Below are positions 17,315 to 41,098 of a stretch of 64,000 bases of DNA, piece by piece; the first letter of the stretch is position 1, and each line of letters opens with the position of its first letter. Location of the stretch: the NCBI RefSeq assembly GCF_009914755.1, contig NC_060941.1; one strand, 5' to 3'. Position numbers and translations under genes: made by a program. The notes below the pieces were generated by a model. The model ran no database searches. It was not told where the DNA came from and saw only the letters and a list, made by a program, of their open reading frames with translations. The stretch comes from the human T2T-CHM13v2.0 reference genome, Homo sapiens.

Positions 17315-19767
17315 CTGCCACCCAGAAAGCCCACGTCAGTCACACCTGCTGCAGAGCCCGAGTCTGGTCCCCACAGACCCAGTAGGATGGCGAGGGGTAG
17401 GCCCTCCCCCAGCAGCCCCTCGTCTGACGGGGAAGACACAGTTTTTGCCCTGGGCAGCTCCCCCTTTGACTGGGGCGATACTGCCTGGCTGAGGGCAGCC
17501 CTCAGACTGAGAGGACTCCCCTTACCCTGGACAGTCCCCAGTACAGTGGCTTGGACTGTGGAGGTCCCAGTGTGTTGGAGGGGAAGCAGCCTCTGCCCAG
17601 GAGAAGCCCCCAATCTGAAGAAGTCTGTCTGAACCCTTGGTCTAGGGTCTTATTCTTCCCCACAGCCTGGGCTGAGTCTGAAAACAGTTCTGTGTCTGTT
17701 GCTACCAGCAAATCCCAGCCCCTCCCTGCAGTGTCAGAGTGGAGGAGAGGTGGGGCCACAGAGGCCACAGCTGTGACTCCCCCTGCCCCCCACCATCTCT
17801 CTTCAGGCCTCACACCCTCCTGCCACCTCTAGACACTTCACTCTGCCCTTTCCAGGGCCTGGGGCCTATGGCCAGCCAACAACCACAAGACTCATTCATT
17901 TGAGTTTCTTTCCTGCCCCTCTCCTCCTCGCTTCCTCAGGGACTCTGGAGAGCTCTGAGGTGAAAACAAATAAGAACAAAGCGTGTGTTTTGTCACTGAC
18001 TGAGAGAAAGTTTTCCATCTCTGCTTTGTTAAGGGTTTCTCTCCCTTTGCCCCAAATTGCAACTCCTCCCTGAGGGCTGAGACTCTGGCCTCTTACCCCA
18101 GCCCCCGTCAACTGAGTCTGGGCCCAACTGCAGCTCAGCGTGCACCCGGCAGCAGCATGGCCGGAAGGGCCAGATCCCGAGTTTCTTGTGGGCTATTTCT
18201 GAGCCCTGCAAACTCAGGGGCTGGGATTGTAACCTCAAGTGGAAGACTCGCGGCTTGGAGGCAGGACTCTTGGGCCAAGGGTGTGGTAACTGAGACCTGA
18301 GACCCCAGGACAAGGGGCCTGCCCAGGGTCCCGGAATGAGTAAGTAGCTGAGGCAGGCCCTGACACCTAATCCAGGGCTCTTCCATTATTCCACATAGAC
18401 AGGCAGGCACATTTGCCAGGACGCCAGGCTTATAAATCTGCCCAAACATCATTCCTGCCGGTCAAAGCATGAACTAAGATTCTCCAGATGTAAGGGAGGG
18501 TCTTGGAGAGCAGAGGAGCTGGACTCTCTTCTCCTCACCAATGCAAGTGGGGGAGGGGTACATCCCTTCTCCCACCCCTGAGCCAAGCTCCATTCAAGGC
18601 AATGCCGCCTCCCTGGGCCTGTTTGGCCTGGCAGCCACCCAACCTCTGCCTCCCAGCCAGTGACCAACCCTTAACGAGGAGAGAGGGAATGACTCTAAGG
18701 AAGGGAGGGAGACAAAGAAGGCAGAGGGAAGACCTGGGGTCCAGAGGTGCGGCTGAGGGTTTGTGATGTACCAGTCATGCTTCTGCTGGGCACACTGTGA
18801 GTCTTCAATGGGCGCTGGGCTCTTTCACGCCCTTGCTGTGGGGGACGGTCTCCCAGGCTCTTTCTTTCCCCTCACAAACCTCTAATCCATTAGCATAGTG
18901 TGAGATGGCTCCTTCTGCCTCTTTGCAGCTAGTGGGGTCCCTCACTTCACAGGCAGAAGAGGGGGTGGCGGGCAGTTTTCTCATTCTAGGCCGCCAGTGA
19001 AGGTGACAGGTCTCAGAATAAAATCCTGTAGGAAACTCTGAGTATGTGCATGTGTGTGTTTGGGGGAAGAATAGGGAGGATGAATAGGAATGGGAATTGA
19101 GAGAAAACGACTGTTTTCCTGAGAGGACCAGGGGAGGGGGTGTCGCTGGTGTGCCTGCCAGGAAGAAAGGACCTGGCTGGGGGCCAGCAGTCTGAGCCCT
19201 TGCCCCTGTCTCCCTCCAGATTTGCTCCCATGGAGAAAGCTAGCCGCTTCAGGCCCTGACCCAAACTCCTGGCCAGGGAGGGCTGGTTTTTGTGGTGACC
19301 CCCAGGCCCTAGCAGCACCTGGCATTGTACTCCCTGACACCCTTGCTCCAAAGTTCAAAAAGGAAGGGGGAAGGAAAAAGTATGGGAAGGGGGAGGAGAA
19401 CTAAAAGCTTTGCCTGGGCAGAACCCTGGAGTTCCGACTCCCAGCAGGGAACTGACACTGTGGAAAGAACATGGGTTAGAATCCCAGTACCTCTACTTGC
19501 AAACTTACATAACAAATTATGGAATCTCTCCAAGCCTGTTTCCCTATGTGCAAAATGGGGTTGATAAGACTTTTCCCATGGTAAGATGTGAGGCTTAAAT
19601 GAGACAGCAATGTGGAGCTGCTGGGCGTGTAGTGCATACTCAATAAATATACATTCCCCTCTTCCTTCCTTTTCCACCCCGGATACACCCTGGTGCCCCC
19701 AACCTCCGCCAGCTTAGTGAAGGAACAGGAAGCCTGCAGGCAGGCAGGAGGAGCAGGTACCTGCAAT

Positions 19768-20825
<1,058 letters not shown>

Positions 20826-21676
20826 ATGCTCGAAATTGTATAGTGACAGATGAACTCTATTAGATCCTTCCTTTGGGGCATGAGAAGGTGAGATACAGCC
20901 AGAAGGAAGCAGCCCCGGAGCTCAGGTCAAAGTACAGCTGCTGAACTGTTTCTGGGGCTGCCCCACTTTCCACTGCATTCTCACAACAAGCCCCTTCCAC
21001 CTGGTAATCAAGGACCATCTCTCCTTTGCAACCTGGAAGGGCCTATGTCTCGGATGAAGGAACGGAGCCTCAGTGAGAAAAGTGACCTGGCCCAGGCCAC
21101 ACAGCTGAGACTTGAACCCAGGGCCTCTGGCTCCAGGGATGCTGCTCTCTGTTCTACCAGTGCCTCTTGAACTCGTAGCTCTCTGCTCTTCTACTTCACT
21201 CTTCCTCTCCATTGCCCAGAAACACGGTGGGACACAGAACATGTTGACACCAAGGGCATCCTGACTCCGGAGCCGGACCCCATTGCTGACTCCTTGCTTT
21301 ACCAGGAAAGCAAGCAGTCAGTACTGAGGACCCAGAGTGGCTGGGCATATAGGTGAAGCAGAATTGGTTTGGCAAACACCTGGAAACAGCCACCCTCCAA
21401 CAGTGAAGGGGAACTGCCCACAATTTCCTTACAGGTTAGCTAAGAAATGAGAACAAACTATGTGCCTTCTGTCCTGTTCCTAATGAATACTATCAGTAAA
21501 AGTAGTCAACACAAATTAAAAGTGGCAATGGCCCAAAGTGTTCACAGTAAAATTAATGATAGATGAAAACCTGGTTAAAAACCCCCATCTTGTTAGAAAT
21601 CTTGAAAGCTGCAAAAATTGAGCAGAGAAAATTAGACTTAGTTAAAACAATCAGGTTGTTAATATTATGCACGGTA

Positions 21677-21945
21677 GGCCAGGTGCGGTGGCTCACGCCT
21701 ACAATCCCAGCCCTTTGGGAGGCCAAGGCGGGTTCGAGACCAGCCTGGCCAACATGGCAAAACCCTGTCTCTACTAAAAATACAGAAATTAGCTGGGCGT
21801 GGTGGCATGTGCCTGTAGTCCCAGCTACTTGTGAGGCTGAGGCAGGAGAATCGCTTGAACCCAGGAGGCGGAGGTTGCAGTGAGCTGAGATTGCGCCACT
21901 GACTCCAGCCTGTGTGATGGAACAAGACTCTGTCTTTAAAAAAAA
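21677..21945 (+). mobile_element. AluS with an internal deletion
   Basis: Alu arms; TSD attatgca. Confidence 0.9.
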
Positions 21946-22140
21946 TTATGCATAGTGAAACTTGTTATTTGTGAAAAACTGACAAAAGAATCAAATCTTC
22001 ATAAATCTTAGATCTGTACCATTTAACCCCTGGAATATTAAATTTGGCTAAAAGAAGGAGGAGAAGAAAAGAAAGAAACAAAATAAAGTTACAAGAGGAA
22101 AATCATGACAGCAGAAACTGTAATGTGTAAACTGTGCTAT

Positions 22141-22397
22141 GATGAAATGTTCAGAAGAGGCAAATCCATTGAGACAGAAGTGGATTAGCGGTTGCCAGAG
22201 GCTAGGGGAGGGGGAGAAGGGGGAATGACTGCTAATGGGCATGGGGTTTCTTTTCAGGGTGATGAAATGTTCTGGAATTAGATTGTGGTAATGGTTGCAC
22301 AATTCCGCAAATATCCTAAAAACCACTGAATTGTACACTTTAAATGGGTAAATTGTATGGGATGTGAACTACATCTCAATAAAGTGGTTAAAAATAT
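22141..22397 (+). mobile_element. L1M 3'-UTR fragment (L1MB/MC-like)
   Basis: aggcaaatccattgagacagaagtggattagcggttgccag...accactgaattgtacactttaaatggg...ctcaataaag. Confidence 0.8.
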
Positions 22398-22797
22398 GCT
22401 ATGGACAAAGTAAATCAATAGATCACACATTTGTTTAATAACTTATGAAAAAGAATGAATTCTGATGAAAATAACTTCAGTAAATATAAATGAAAAATGT
22501 TAGCAACAGTTTATCTGCCCTGCATTGAAAATTTATCAAGGAATTACATGGGTTTTGTGTTTGATCTGGAAAAACACTTGTACAATGAAAATTCATCAAT
22601 GTAGGTGTCATTCTGAATTAAATGTCTGTATTCACAATCATGGTCCTCAAGCCAAGAGGTCCTATTCACCCACTCCTCCCGTGCCCTAGGGAAGAGAGGT
22701 TACTGACAAAGTCCAGTCCCAGGCTCAGCTGTTTTCCTAGCCATTGGCTTCAAGACATTGGGAAATCTTGGCCTAGCCGGATTTTAACAGTGCTCAC

Positions 22798-22985
22798 CTT
22801 GCTTTGCAAAGCGTTTCTTACGCCTCATTTTGGTCCGGTGTCTAGCAAACAAGTCACTGATCCTCTCAGCCCAGGCCGCATAACTGTTGGTATCTGTAAC
22901 CCCGCAGCGGGGACGAGTCATCTGGCGCAGGGTGGCGCGGTCCAACACGCCGCTGACAGGTAGCTGGGACACCCACTGAAACGCT
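22798..22985 (-). CDS. MMP28: MMP28 exon 3 (prodomain: cysteine switch PRCGVTD, furin site RRKKR)
   Basis: gacag|AGCG ... CAAG|gtgagc; 188 nt. Confidence 0.98.
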
Positions 22986-23153
22986 CTGTCAGGAGGAAAG
23001 GACCGCAAGGGGAGGGTGAGTGGTAAGGGTGAGGGCAGGGAAGTCTGCCTCCCTGGGGTGTAGCCAGCCAGGCTTCCAGGAGGAGGGAGGAAATGGTCAG
23101 AGCTTGGCATCCTAGCACCCCTACCCCAAGTCCTCCACATCCCTCCACCCTAC

Positions 23154-23233
23154 CTGATGGCATCGCTGAATCGAGTGGAGGTGGGAGCTTTGGGGACCTG
23201 TTCATTGAGGTATCCGTACTTCTCTAGGAATGC
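23154..23233 (-). CDS. MMP28: MMP28 exon 2 ([27 protein letters not shown])
   Basis: ccgcag|GCATTC ... TCAG|gtaggg; 80 nt; MMP prodomain motif FLxKYGYL. Confidence 0.96.
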
Positions 23234-23927
23234 CTGCGGGAGAGAGGAATATCTGCTTTTTCCATAGCATCCTTTCCCCTCCCTTGGTCCCCAAGGGCCC
23301 AGGGCACATACATCCTGCCCAGTCTCACCTCTTGTCTTTTGCCCAAGAGGGTCTATAAGCTATAGCAGAATGAGTTCTGGGATTAAAGTCAAAAGGACCT
23401 GGACTCAATTCCAGGTCACCACTGACTAGCTGATGATCTCAGGCAAGTCACTCAATATTTCTGAACCTTTGCTTCCTTATGCCTAAAACTGGGCCAGTAG
23501 TACCTACCCATATCTTACGGCATCAGTAGGAATCTAGCAGCACATGCTAGGCAGTACAGTAACAGGCTCTGGAGTCAGATCCACCTAGGTTTGAATTCCA
23601 ACTAGTAAGATACTTCTCTAAACCACAGTTTTCTCAACTGTAAAGTGGGCTTAATACTAGTACTTACCTTACAGGGGTTTTTTTGTGTGTGTGAGGACTA
23701 ATCGCAAGAGTGTTTATAAAGCACTTAGCACAGTGCCTATTACATAGGAGGGACTCCATACAGAGTGGCTATTATAATATGTGTTATGCGTTACGTGCAT
23801 ATACACTATTCATATGCATCCTGAAACAACTACATTCTCTAGAATATCTTTTGGTATTGATTAGGAGCTTATCAGGTGCTAGCTCTGCCATGGCTGGGTT
23901 GTGAATTGTCTAATTCTGGATTTTTAA

Positions 23928-32118
<8,191 letters not shown>

Positions 32119-33314
32119 CTCCTTTCATTTTCTGCCCTTAAGGAAGATGGAAAACACTAGCCAGTTAGTCTTTATCCAGACCACATCTTGTACTCTTTCT
32201 CTAATGCCAAATAACTATACCGTATGGACTCATGGTTCTCACTAGACTTGTGGGACTAAGTTTAGGGCACAAAATAATGCCTTGATCAAGGGTGGGTTTA
32301 GGGAGATATTGTCCAACCATGTCTCCCTGCTATTAGGGTCATGCTTCCACTACCCAAATCCTGGTAATTGGCTAGACAAGTGCTTTTCCACCAACTGTGG
32401 TCCTCTAGGACCCTTCAGAGCCTCTTCTGCACTTCTATTCACCCTATACCCATGAGTCACTGAGCTAAGTTCTTGGGAACGGCTTCCACACCCAGGCTTC
32501 TGGGTTTCTGACTCACAAAAAGTCAAACGAATGGCTCTGGGGTATGAGAAACAGACACTGCATCTGGGGGTGGATACTCCACAGAAGCTCCAGTGTCTCC
32601 CTGGAGAAACAAACTATCCAGCTCCTGGTACTGGCACACTGGGAGTAGCTATACAGATATAGCTAGACCACCCAGTGGAAGGCAGGTCCTGAAACTCCTG
32701 CCTGGCTGTTCTAAAGAAGGTCCAAGCAAAGCAAATGATAGATAGAGCCCTTGGGAATCTGTGTTACCCAAGCACAGGACAGTGTCTGGCTTGGAATGGG
32801 AGTGGGGGACAGGGTGATGATGTCATCTGTTAATTCTCAATCTTGCAACTCAGCAGAGCATGCTCTTCCTACTTACTAGTGCTGTGAGCAGCTCTAGTTT
32901 TCCTAAGTTGCCCACTGAACTTGTTCCTAAGTTGCAACAATGAACTTGTTTGTTCACAACACAGCTTTGTAAGCACTTAATCTCCTCCCTGGCAAAGCCC
33001 ACTCTGGAAAGGCCTCAACTTTGTTACATTGTGTGCACAGAGGGGACACAGAGCCATGTACACAGGGTACAGGAATACACACAGAGACTTGAGAACACAG
33101 GCACATCCAGACAGACAGACATGGACACAGAGGAAGATGATGTATATACACACACAGGCACACACATATATAGAGGCACAAGCATACAAGCACACCAAAG
33201 CCAAACAGTGTTAGAGCTAGAGAGAATCTTAGAAGTCATTTAAGAAATTTAGCCCTCTTATTTTACAGGAGAGGAAACCGCAGCCAAGTGAAGGAACTCT
33301 ATGATCACACAGTT

Positions 33315-34530
<1,216 letters not shown>

Positions 34531-34955
34531 TCCAAAAGGCCACATATAATATGATCCCATTTATATGAAATGTCCAGGATATCCAAATATATATACACAG
34601 AAATTAGTCTGTAGAGGCTGAGTATGGTGGTTCAAGTCTGTAATCCCAGCAATTTGGGAGCCCAAGGCAGGCAGATCATTTGAGGTCAGGAGTTCGAAAC
34701 CAGCCTGGCCAACATAGTGAAACCTCCATCTCTCACTTCCCACTTGACACATCCCATTTCCCACTTCACACTGACATTCCAATTCACAAATGTATTAATG
34801 TTTTTTTTTTTTTTAAATGTGTAGAGACAGGGTCTCTCTATGTTGCCCAGGCTGCTCTCAAACTCCTCGGCTCAAGCAATCCTCCAGCCCCGGCCTCCCA
34901 AAGTGCTGGGATTACAGGTATGAGTCACTGTGCCCAGCCACAAATGTACTAATCT

Positions 34956-35169
34956 TACAATAGTAGAATTCCATTTACCTGCCCCCGCTTGCCTTGTGCC
35001 ATTGTCATAACTGCTACTTTTACATGTGTTTTAAAGTCCAACTTATGGCCATAAGGGGGCATGGCCATTAAGTTGGACTTTAAAACACATGTAAAAGAAG
35101 TAGTTATGACAGTGGCACAGCACCTGGCCAAGGGAAGCAGGGGTGGGCAAATAAAATTCTACTATTGTA
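34956..35169. repeat. Imperfect inverted repeat (~95-bp arms, 8-nt loop) between a - FLAM (34801-34939) and a + Alu (35186-35420)
   Basis: 35017-35045 cttttacatgtgttttaaagtccaactta is the exact reverse complement of 35069-35097; outer arms match with substitutions. Confidence 0.92.
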
Positions 35170-36009
35170 GAATAGTAGAATTCCAGCCTTAATCCCAGCA
35201 CTTTGGAAGGCCGAGGCAGGAGGATTGCTTAAGTCCAGGGGTTTGAGACCAGCCTGGGCAACATGGGGAGACCTCATCTCTACAAAAATATTTTAGAATT
35301 AGTTGGGCATGGTGGTGCGTGTCTGTAGTTCCAGGTACTCAGGAGGCTGAAGCAGGAGGATCACTTGAGCCCAGGAGATTGAGGCCGCAGTGAGCCATGG
35401 CTGTCTCAAAAAATAAAAATAAAGTCCAATTTATGATGTTATTATTTTGCTTTAAGCAGCCAGTTGTCTTTTACAGAAATTATGACAAGGGAAATAAGTG
35501 TTTTATGTTTACTCATTTCCAAGCTTTGTTAGAGTAGGTCTTACTCTAGTTCATGGTGCTTACACCTAAAGCATGGCATTGCTGGTGTTTTACATAGATG
35601 CCCAGGGTGTTAAAGAGTTTTTTCCATTTTGGCTGGCCCAGACTGCCAATATCTTCCAGAACTGCTCAACTTCTCCAGTCTTTTTTCCTGTTCTCAATCA
35701 CATAGCAGCTGTTCTCTGGTAAGCATCACACAGTCTCACCCTACACGTGCTAGCACAGTCCCCAGGGAAGGACTTGCAGTGAACCCCATACAGACTTATG
35801 GGAACCCCCTTCAGTATAGCTCCCTCCTCTGTGACGCACCCCTCCACAGATTCCAGCTACTTCAACAGCCCTGAACGCTGAGCTTTGTCACTCAGCACAG
35901 CAGGACTGCTGTGTTCTGCTTGAGGTCTAGTTCCCCGCACTGCAGTCAGGAATTGTCTCCAAGCAAAGAACTGGGGCAACTGTGGGGCTCACTTTCTGGG
36001 TTTTCCTTC

Positions 36010-36530
36010 TGTGGATGGTTGTTCCCTAAACGACACAACAGTATCTCCCATTCCCACGTTCTTCTCACGATGTGACTTTAACACTCCTCTCAGCAATCGT
36101 GGGGTCTATGTTCCCTCCCCTTGAACCTGGGAGGCAGCTGTGACTGCTCTAGCCAATGGAGTGCAGTAGAAGCAATAGTAGGTCATAAAAAGGATATAGT
36201 TCCTCTCTCTTCTCCCCGCTCCCAACACTCATCCCCAGGACCCAGACACCATGTTATAAGGAAGCCCAAACTAGCCCACACGGACAGACCATGTGGATAG
36301 GTCCATGTGAAAAATAACTGAGGCCACCAGCCAACAGCCAGCATCGACTGCCAAATATCTAAACACACTTCAGATGATGCCAGCCCCAGACACTGTAGAA
36401 TGGAGACAAGCTGCACTGATGTGCCCTATTTGAAATTTCGACTCACAGTTATCTGTGAACTTAATAAATGGTTGTTTTACTTCACTAAGTTTTGGGGGTA
36501 ATTTGTAATGTAGTCATAGTAACTAAAATA
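36010..36530 (+). mobile_element. MLT1 (MaLR) solo LTR
   Basis: ccctccccttgaacctggg...tgtgactgct, gaggccaccagccaacagccagcatc, aataaatggttgtttt..cactaagttttgggg. Confidence 0.8.
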
Positions 36531-37700
36531 CTCTCTTTAGGAATTGCAGCTCTGTGCTGTCTGTTGTCCAATGCTGAAAATAGTTGCCTTACATATTTTG
36601 TCCTGTATTATTGTTGTGGGGGAGCTAGTCTTCAAACCCAGACTTTAAGCCGAAGCTCAGTTCTCTAAAGTAATGATAAAGGTAATAACAACACTGAGAG
36701 CAACTTCCTTTTATAGACTGCTTTCTATGTCCTATGAGCTGTGTTAGGCATTGTACATATGTTATTTCAATGAAACCATACAACAATCTTGTGAAATAGG
36801 CATTATTAACCCCCATTGTATGGAGAAGAAAACTGAGGTTTATAGAGGTTAAATGAGTTATCCATGGTTTACGTATGGGTTTGTCTGGCACTGAAGCTCA
36901 TGCAATTAACCACATACAAAAACACATATAGACATAGACACATCCCCAGTTGTGTGTGTATATATGTAATATATGTATATATACACACACACGTGTGCTT
37001 GCATAGGCATATAGAGACACGTACACACCCATTACACATTTCCAGAGTTTTTATGCTTTTAAAATATTTTCTTGTTCTCAGAGTTAAAAATCCCCTTCCC
37101 CAAATTTATGTTAAATAGACTGAAAGAAACTCAATCTGCTGGATATTAAGTTTCCCAAGCATACCCCAAGATGAAATTCTCTCCATCTGGGGCCACCACA
37201 GGCATGGGCAGCAGAGATATGCCTCTGTTCCCTTGCGAGGGATTGCCTGGGACCCGCACTTGCAGGGAGGTGGGGTGGGACTCTTAACAAGACTTGGCTT
37301 GGCAGACAGAAGCCTTCTCCTGGGGCTGCAAAGACTCTGTACTTGATGTTGTAAGAGTCTCAATTCAGAGAAACAAAGTGCTTCTCTGAATATGCAGAGA
37401 AACCAGAGAGCACAGAGCAAGAGCCCAGTGCTAGGAAGGGGAGGGGTGGAAGGCAATGAGAGATGATCCCTTGTTGAAGCAGGGTCATTTCCAAATATTC
37501 CCCAGTAGTGATGGGAGCTGGGTGATGGAAGGATGAGGCATTCGGAGAGGGCCCTCTTCATTCTGCAGTTTCCCCAAATTCAGCTTGCCCTTCGAGGGAA
37601 GGGGAGTAGGGAGGATACTGAGAAGCTCTCAACGGGCAGTTTGAGGGCAGGAAAGAAGCTCTTAGAGGAGCAAGAGTCTCAGGGCAGAGCATTGGGCTCA

Positions 37701-38455
<755 letters not shown>

Positions 38456-38729
38456 TACACTTTTATCTAGAAAATAGATGCCTTATATTGATCCCCACCC
38501 CTACCTCACAAAAAAATTCCCCTTGCGCAACCTACAACAAGCAAGTTGAGTCCAAAGCAAGAAAATGGAAAGGGAGCTCTCTAAGGTTCACCTTCCTGCC
38601 CCCTTAAGTTCAGTCCTGAAGCCCCGTTTAAAGCTCCTTAGAAGCAACTCTTGAGAGTATACTACTCTTGCCCATTTTACAGACAGAAAAACTAGTTCTG
38701 AGCAGTTTAAATGGCTTGCCCAAGCAGGT

Positions 38730-39880
38730 CAGCGGCGGTCCCCGGCCAGGAAGCCAGCGCTGTGTCCCGCGTCCCGGCCAGCCAGCGGTACCCTCTCCAC
38801 AGCACCAAACTGAGGCTTCCACACGGTTCGGGGGCATCCGACGAATGAACCTCATTCTCCCCAGCCTAGGTGGTGAGGGAGAGTGGCCCCGTGCCAAACT
38901 AGGGTAGGATGTCCCCTCTGGGCTCTTGCCCGTCTGTCCGGTCTCGTCTCTGCACCCACCCCAGCCCATCAGTGCGGATCCGCGTGCCTGTGTGGTTCCA
39001 GCCTGGCACGGGGAAAAAACTGCCCGGCTCTTTATGTTCAAGTGCGAAGGGGGCGGAGGACAGGGGTAGGGTAACGCAGATTGTCTGCTCACAGGGGACT
39101 GCCGGGTGGCCTGACTGCCGAGTTCTGACAGGTCTCAAGCACACGCACCGCTCTCCGCCAGGTACACACGGCGTACCTCCGCCTCCTTGCGCAGCTCCTG
39201 GCCTCCGCGCTCCGCGGGCTGGGCGTCCAGGTGGCCCCACAGTAGCAGCTGCAGGGCGCGCAGCAGGAGGCCGACGCGCGCGACCATCTCGCCGCCTCCG
39301 GTGCAGCCCGGCTCGGGGAGCTACTGCGCGCAGGGAACCAGCCGGCAGTCAGCCGCGCCCGGGACCCCGGGGATGGGACTGCTCTGCGCCGCCCCCGCAC
39401 GGAGAGGGACTGTCCCGGGGTTTCGCCAGTGCCCTAGCTGCGCGCTCTGGGCCGCTCCTCCGCTGCCCTTCGCCGGGAGCCGGCCAGACGTCGTCCAGCC
39501 CGGGCAGTGCCTGCCCGCGGGTCCGCCGGCCCCGGGGACCGAGGGAGGGAGGAAGGAAAGGCAGGCGGAGGGGGCGGAGGCCCGGCACTCCCGCCCCACC
39601 CACCCCGCGCCGCTGCTGGAACGCGAGGCGGTCCCGGAGCCTCTTCCGTTCGCTGCACAGCCTCGCCCTGCGCCCGCCACCGCCCTGCGGATCGGTCCTC
39701 TCGCCCGCCACCTCCAGTTGACCCGGATCTGTCCAGGGAGGGTGAAGGAAGAAAGGCCTTCTCCTGGCAAGCGTGGCTACCTAAGACTTCGATGAAGAGA
39801 GGTCCTGGTCTACCAGAGGGTCGTTGATTGTTTCAGCTGGGTGGGGAGCGAGGCCCCCACCCAGGGTCGGGGTGCGAGAG
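38730..39880 (-). promoter_or_regulatory. MMP28: MMP28 CpG-island promoter (TATA-less) with GC/GT boxes
   Basis: CpG-dense region around exon 1; GGGGCGGAG at 39571-39579 and CCGCCCCACCCACCCC at 39591-39606 (Sp/KLF-type boxes). Confidence 0.88.
39177..39287 (-). CDS. MMP28: MMP28 exon 1 (signal peptide [37 protein letters not shown])
   Basis: GAGATGG Kozak context at 39287, hydrophobic leader, donor GAG|gtacgc at 39177/39176; 111 nt. Confidence 0.96.
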
Positions 39881-41030
39881 AAGCAGCACAGAGCTGGAGT
39901 CAGAACTGGGTTTGAGTTCCAAACTTGCTCCTTTGCTAGCCCTTTGAGTCCTGCCTCAGCCACCTGCTGGCTGTGTGGTCTTGGACCAGTCACTCACCCT
40001 CTCTGAACCCACTTTTCTCATCAGTAAATGGGATAATAAGAATACCGATATTCTGTGACTGTTGGGGAGATAATAACGCCTGTAAATTACTGAACAGGGT
40101 GCATGGCATCACGAAGTGTGCACTTAATAAGGGGCAGGCTGCAGCTGTGTGATCTTTGGCAAAGGATTTAACTACTTCGAGCGTCAGTTTCCTCATCAAT
40201 AAAATGACAGCATACGATATTTAGTGCCCAGCGTTGCATGAGGATGAAAAGAGAAAATGAGTGTAAAGTGCCTGATTTTATATACCCCATAAGGTTGGAG
40301 TGAAACGGTTTACGTGAAAGCCTTTGCTAAACTCATATTGAGCAAAAAGTAAACTATTTTCATTATCTGTCTGTGTAACTGAGAGCTGGTTGCTGTCTCA
40401 CTTCTACCCAATTCACTACATTGTAAAATGCAAATGGAAAATGATACTGAGCTCTGGGGGTCATTGTGGGATTAGATGAGTTAATGTGTGTAAAAATAAT
40501 CTAGAATCCCTAAAGTGCTGAACAAAAATAATGCTGTGTTCCAACCCTAAGGCTCAGGGCCTCGGTATCACACAACGTTTTTGTACTATTTAGAAAAATA
40601 CACCACTTGTGTGGAGGAATTGGAAAAAGCCCTTTTAATAGACATTTTATGTGTGTATATATGTACATATGTATTTTTAAGACAGGGTCTTGCTCTGTCG
40701 CCCAAGCTGGAGTGCAGTAGCACAATCACAGCTCACCGTAGCCTTGACTTTCAAGGCTCAAGCAATCCTCCCATCTCAGCCTCCTGAGTAGCTGGGATTG
40801 CAGGCATGTGTCACTGTACCCAGCTAATTTTTTAATGTTTTATAGAAGAAGGGATGGAAAGATTCTGCCTGGAGAAAGAATTGGCAAACCTAGGTCTGAC
40901 TCCAGCTTGTTCCACAGTGTCCTTACCAACTGATGATCATCAGAGCTCCCTGCCCAAAGCAGGGCTATCCGGCCTGTCAAAATCCATCTACTGGTAAAAG
41001 CCACCATATATCATGCCATACCTGTAACTA

Positions 41031-41033
<3 letters not shown>

Positions 41034-41070
<37 letters not shown>

Positions 41071-41080
41071 CTCTCTCTCT
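41034..41080. repeat. (CA)n(CT)n compound microsatellite
   Basis: Direct inspection. Confidence 0.95.
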
Positions 41081-41098
41081 CTTGCTTTCTCTCTTTCT

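Noticed and set aside
33040-33200. CA-rich stretch giving Cys/Val-rich ORFs (similar at 36915-37030)
   Set aside because: Degenerate (CA/TA)n low-complexity DNA.
38909-39827. Several 100-270 aa ORFs on both strands at the MMP28 promoter
   Set aside because: GC-skew artefacts. The real exon 1 is the 111-nt signal-peptide exon, and I found no upstream ATG in the MMP28 5' UTR.
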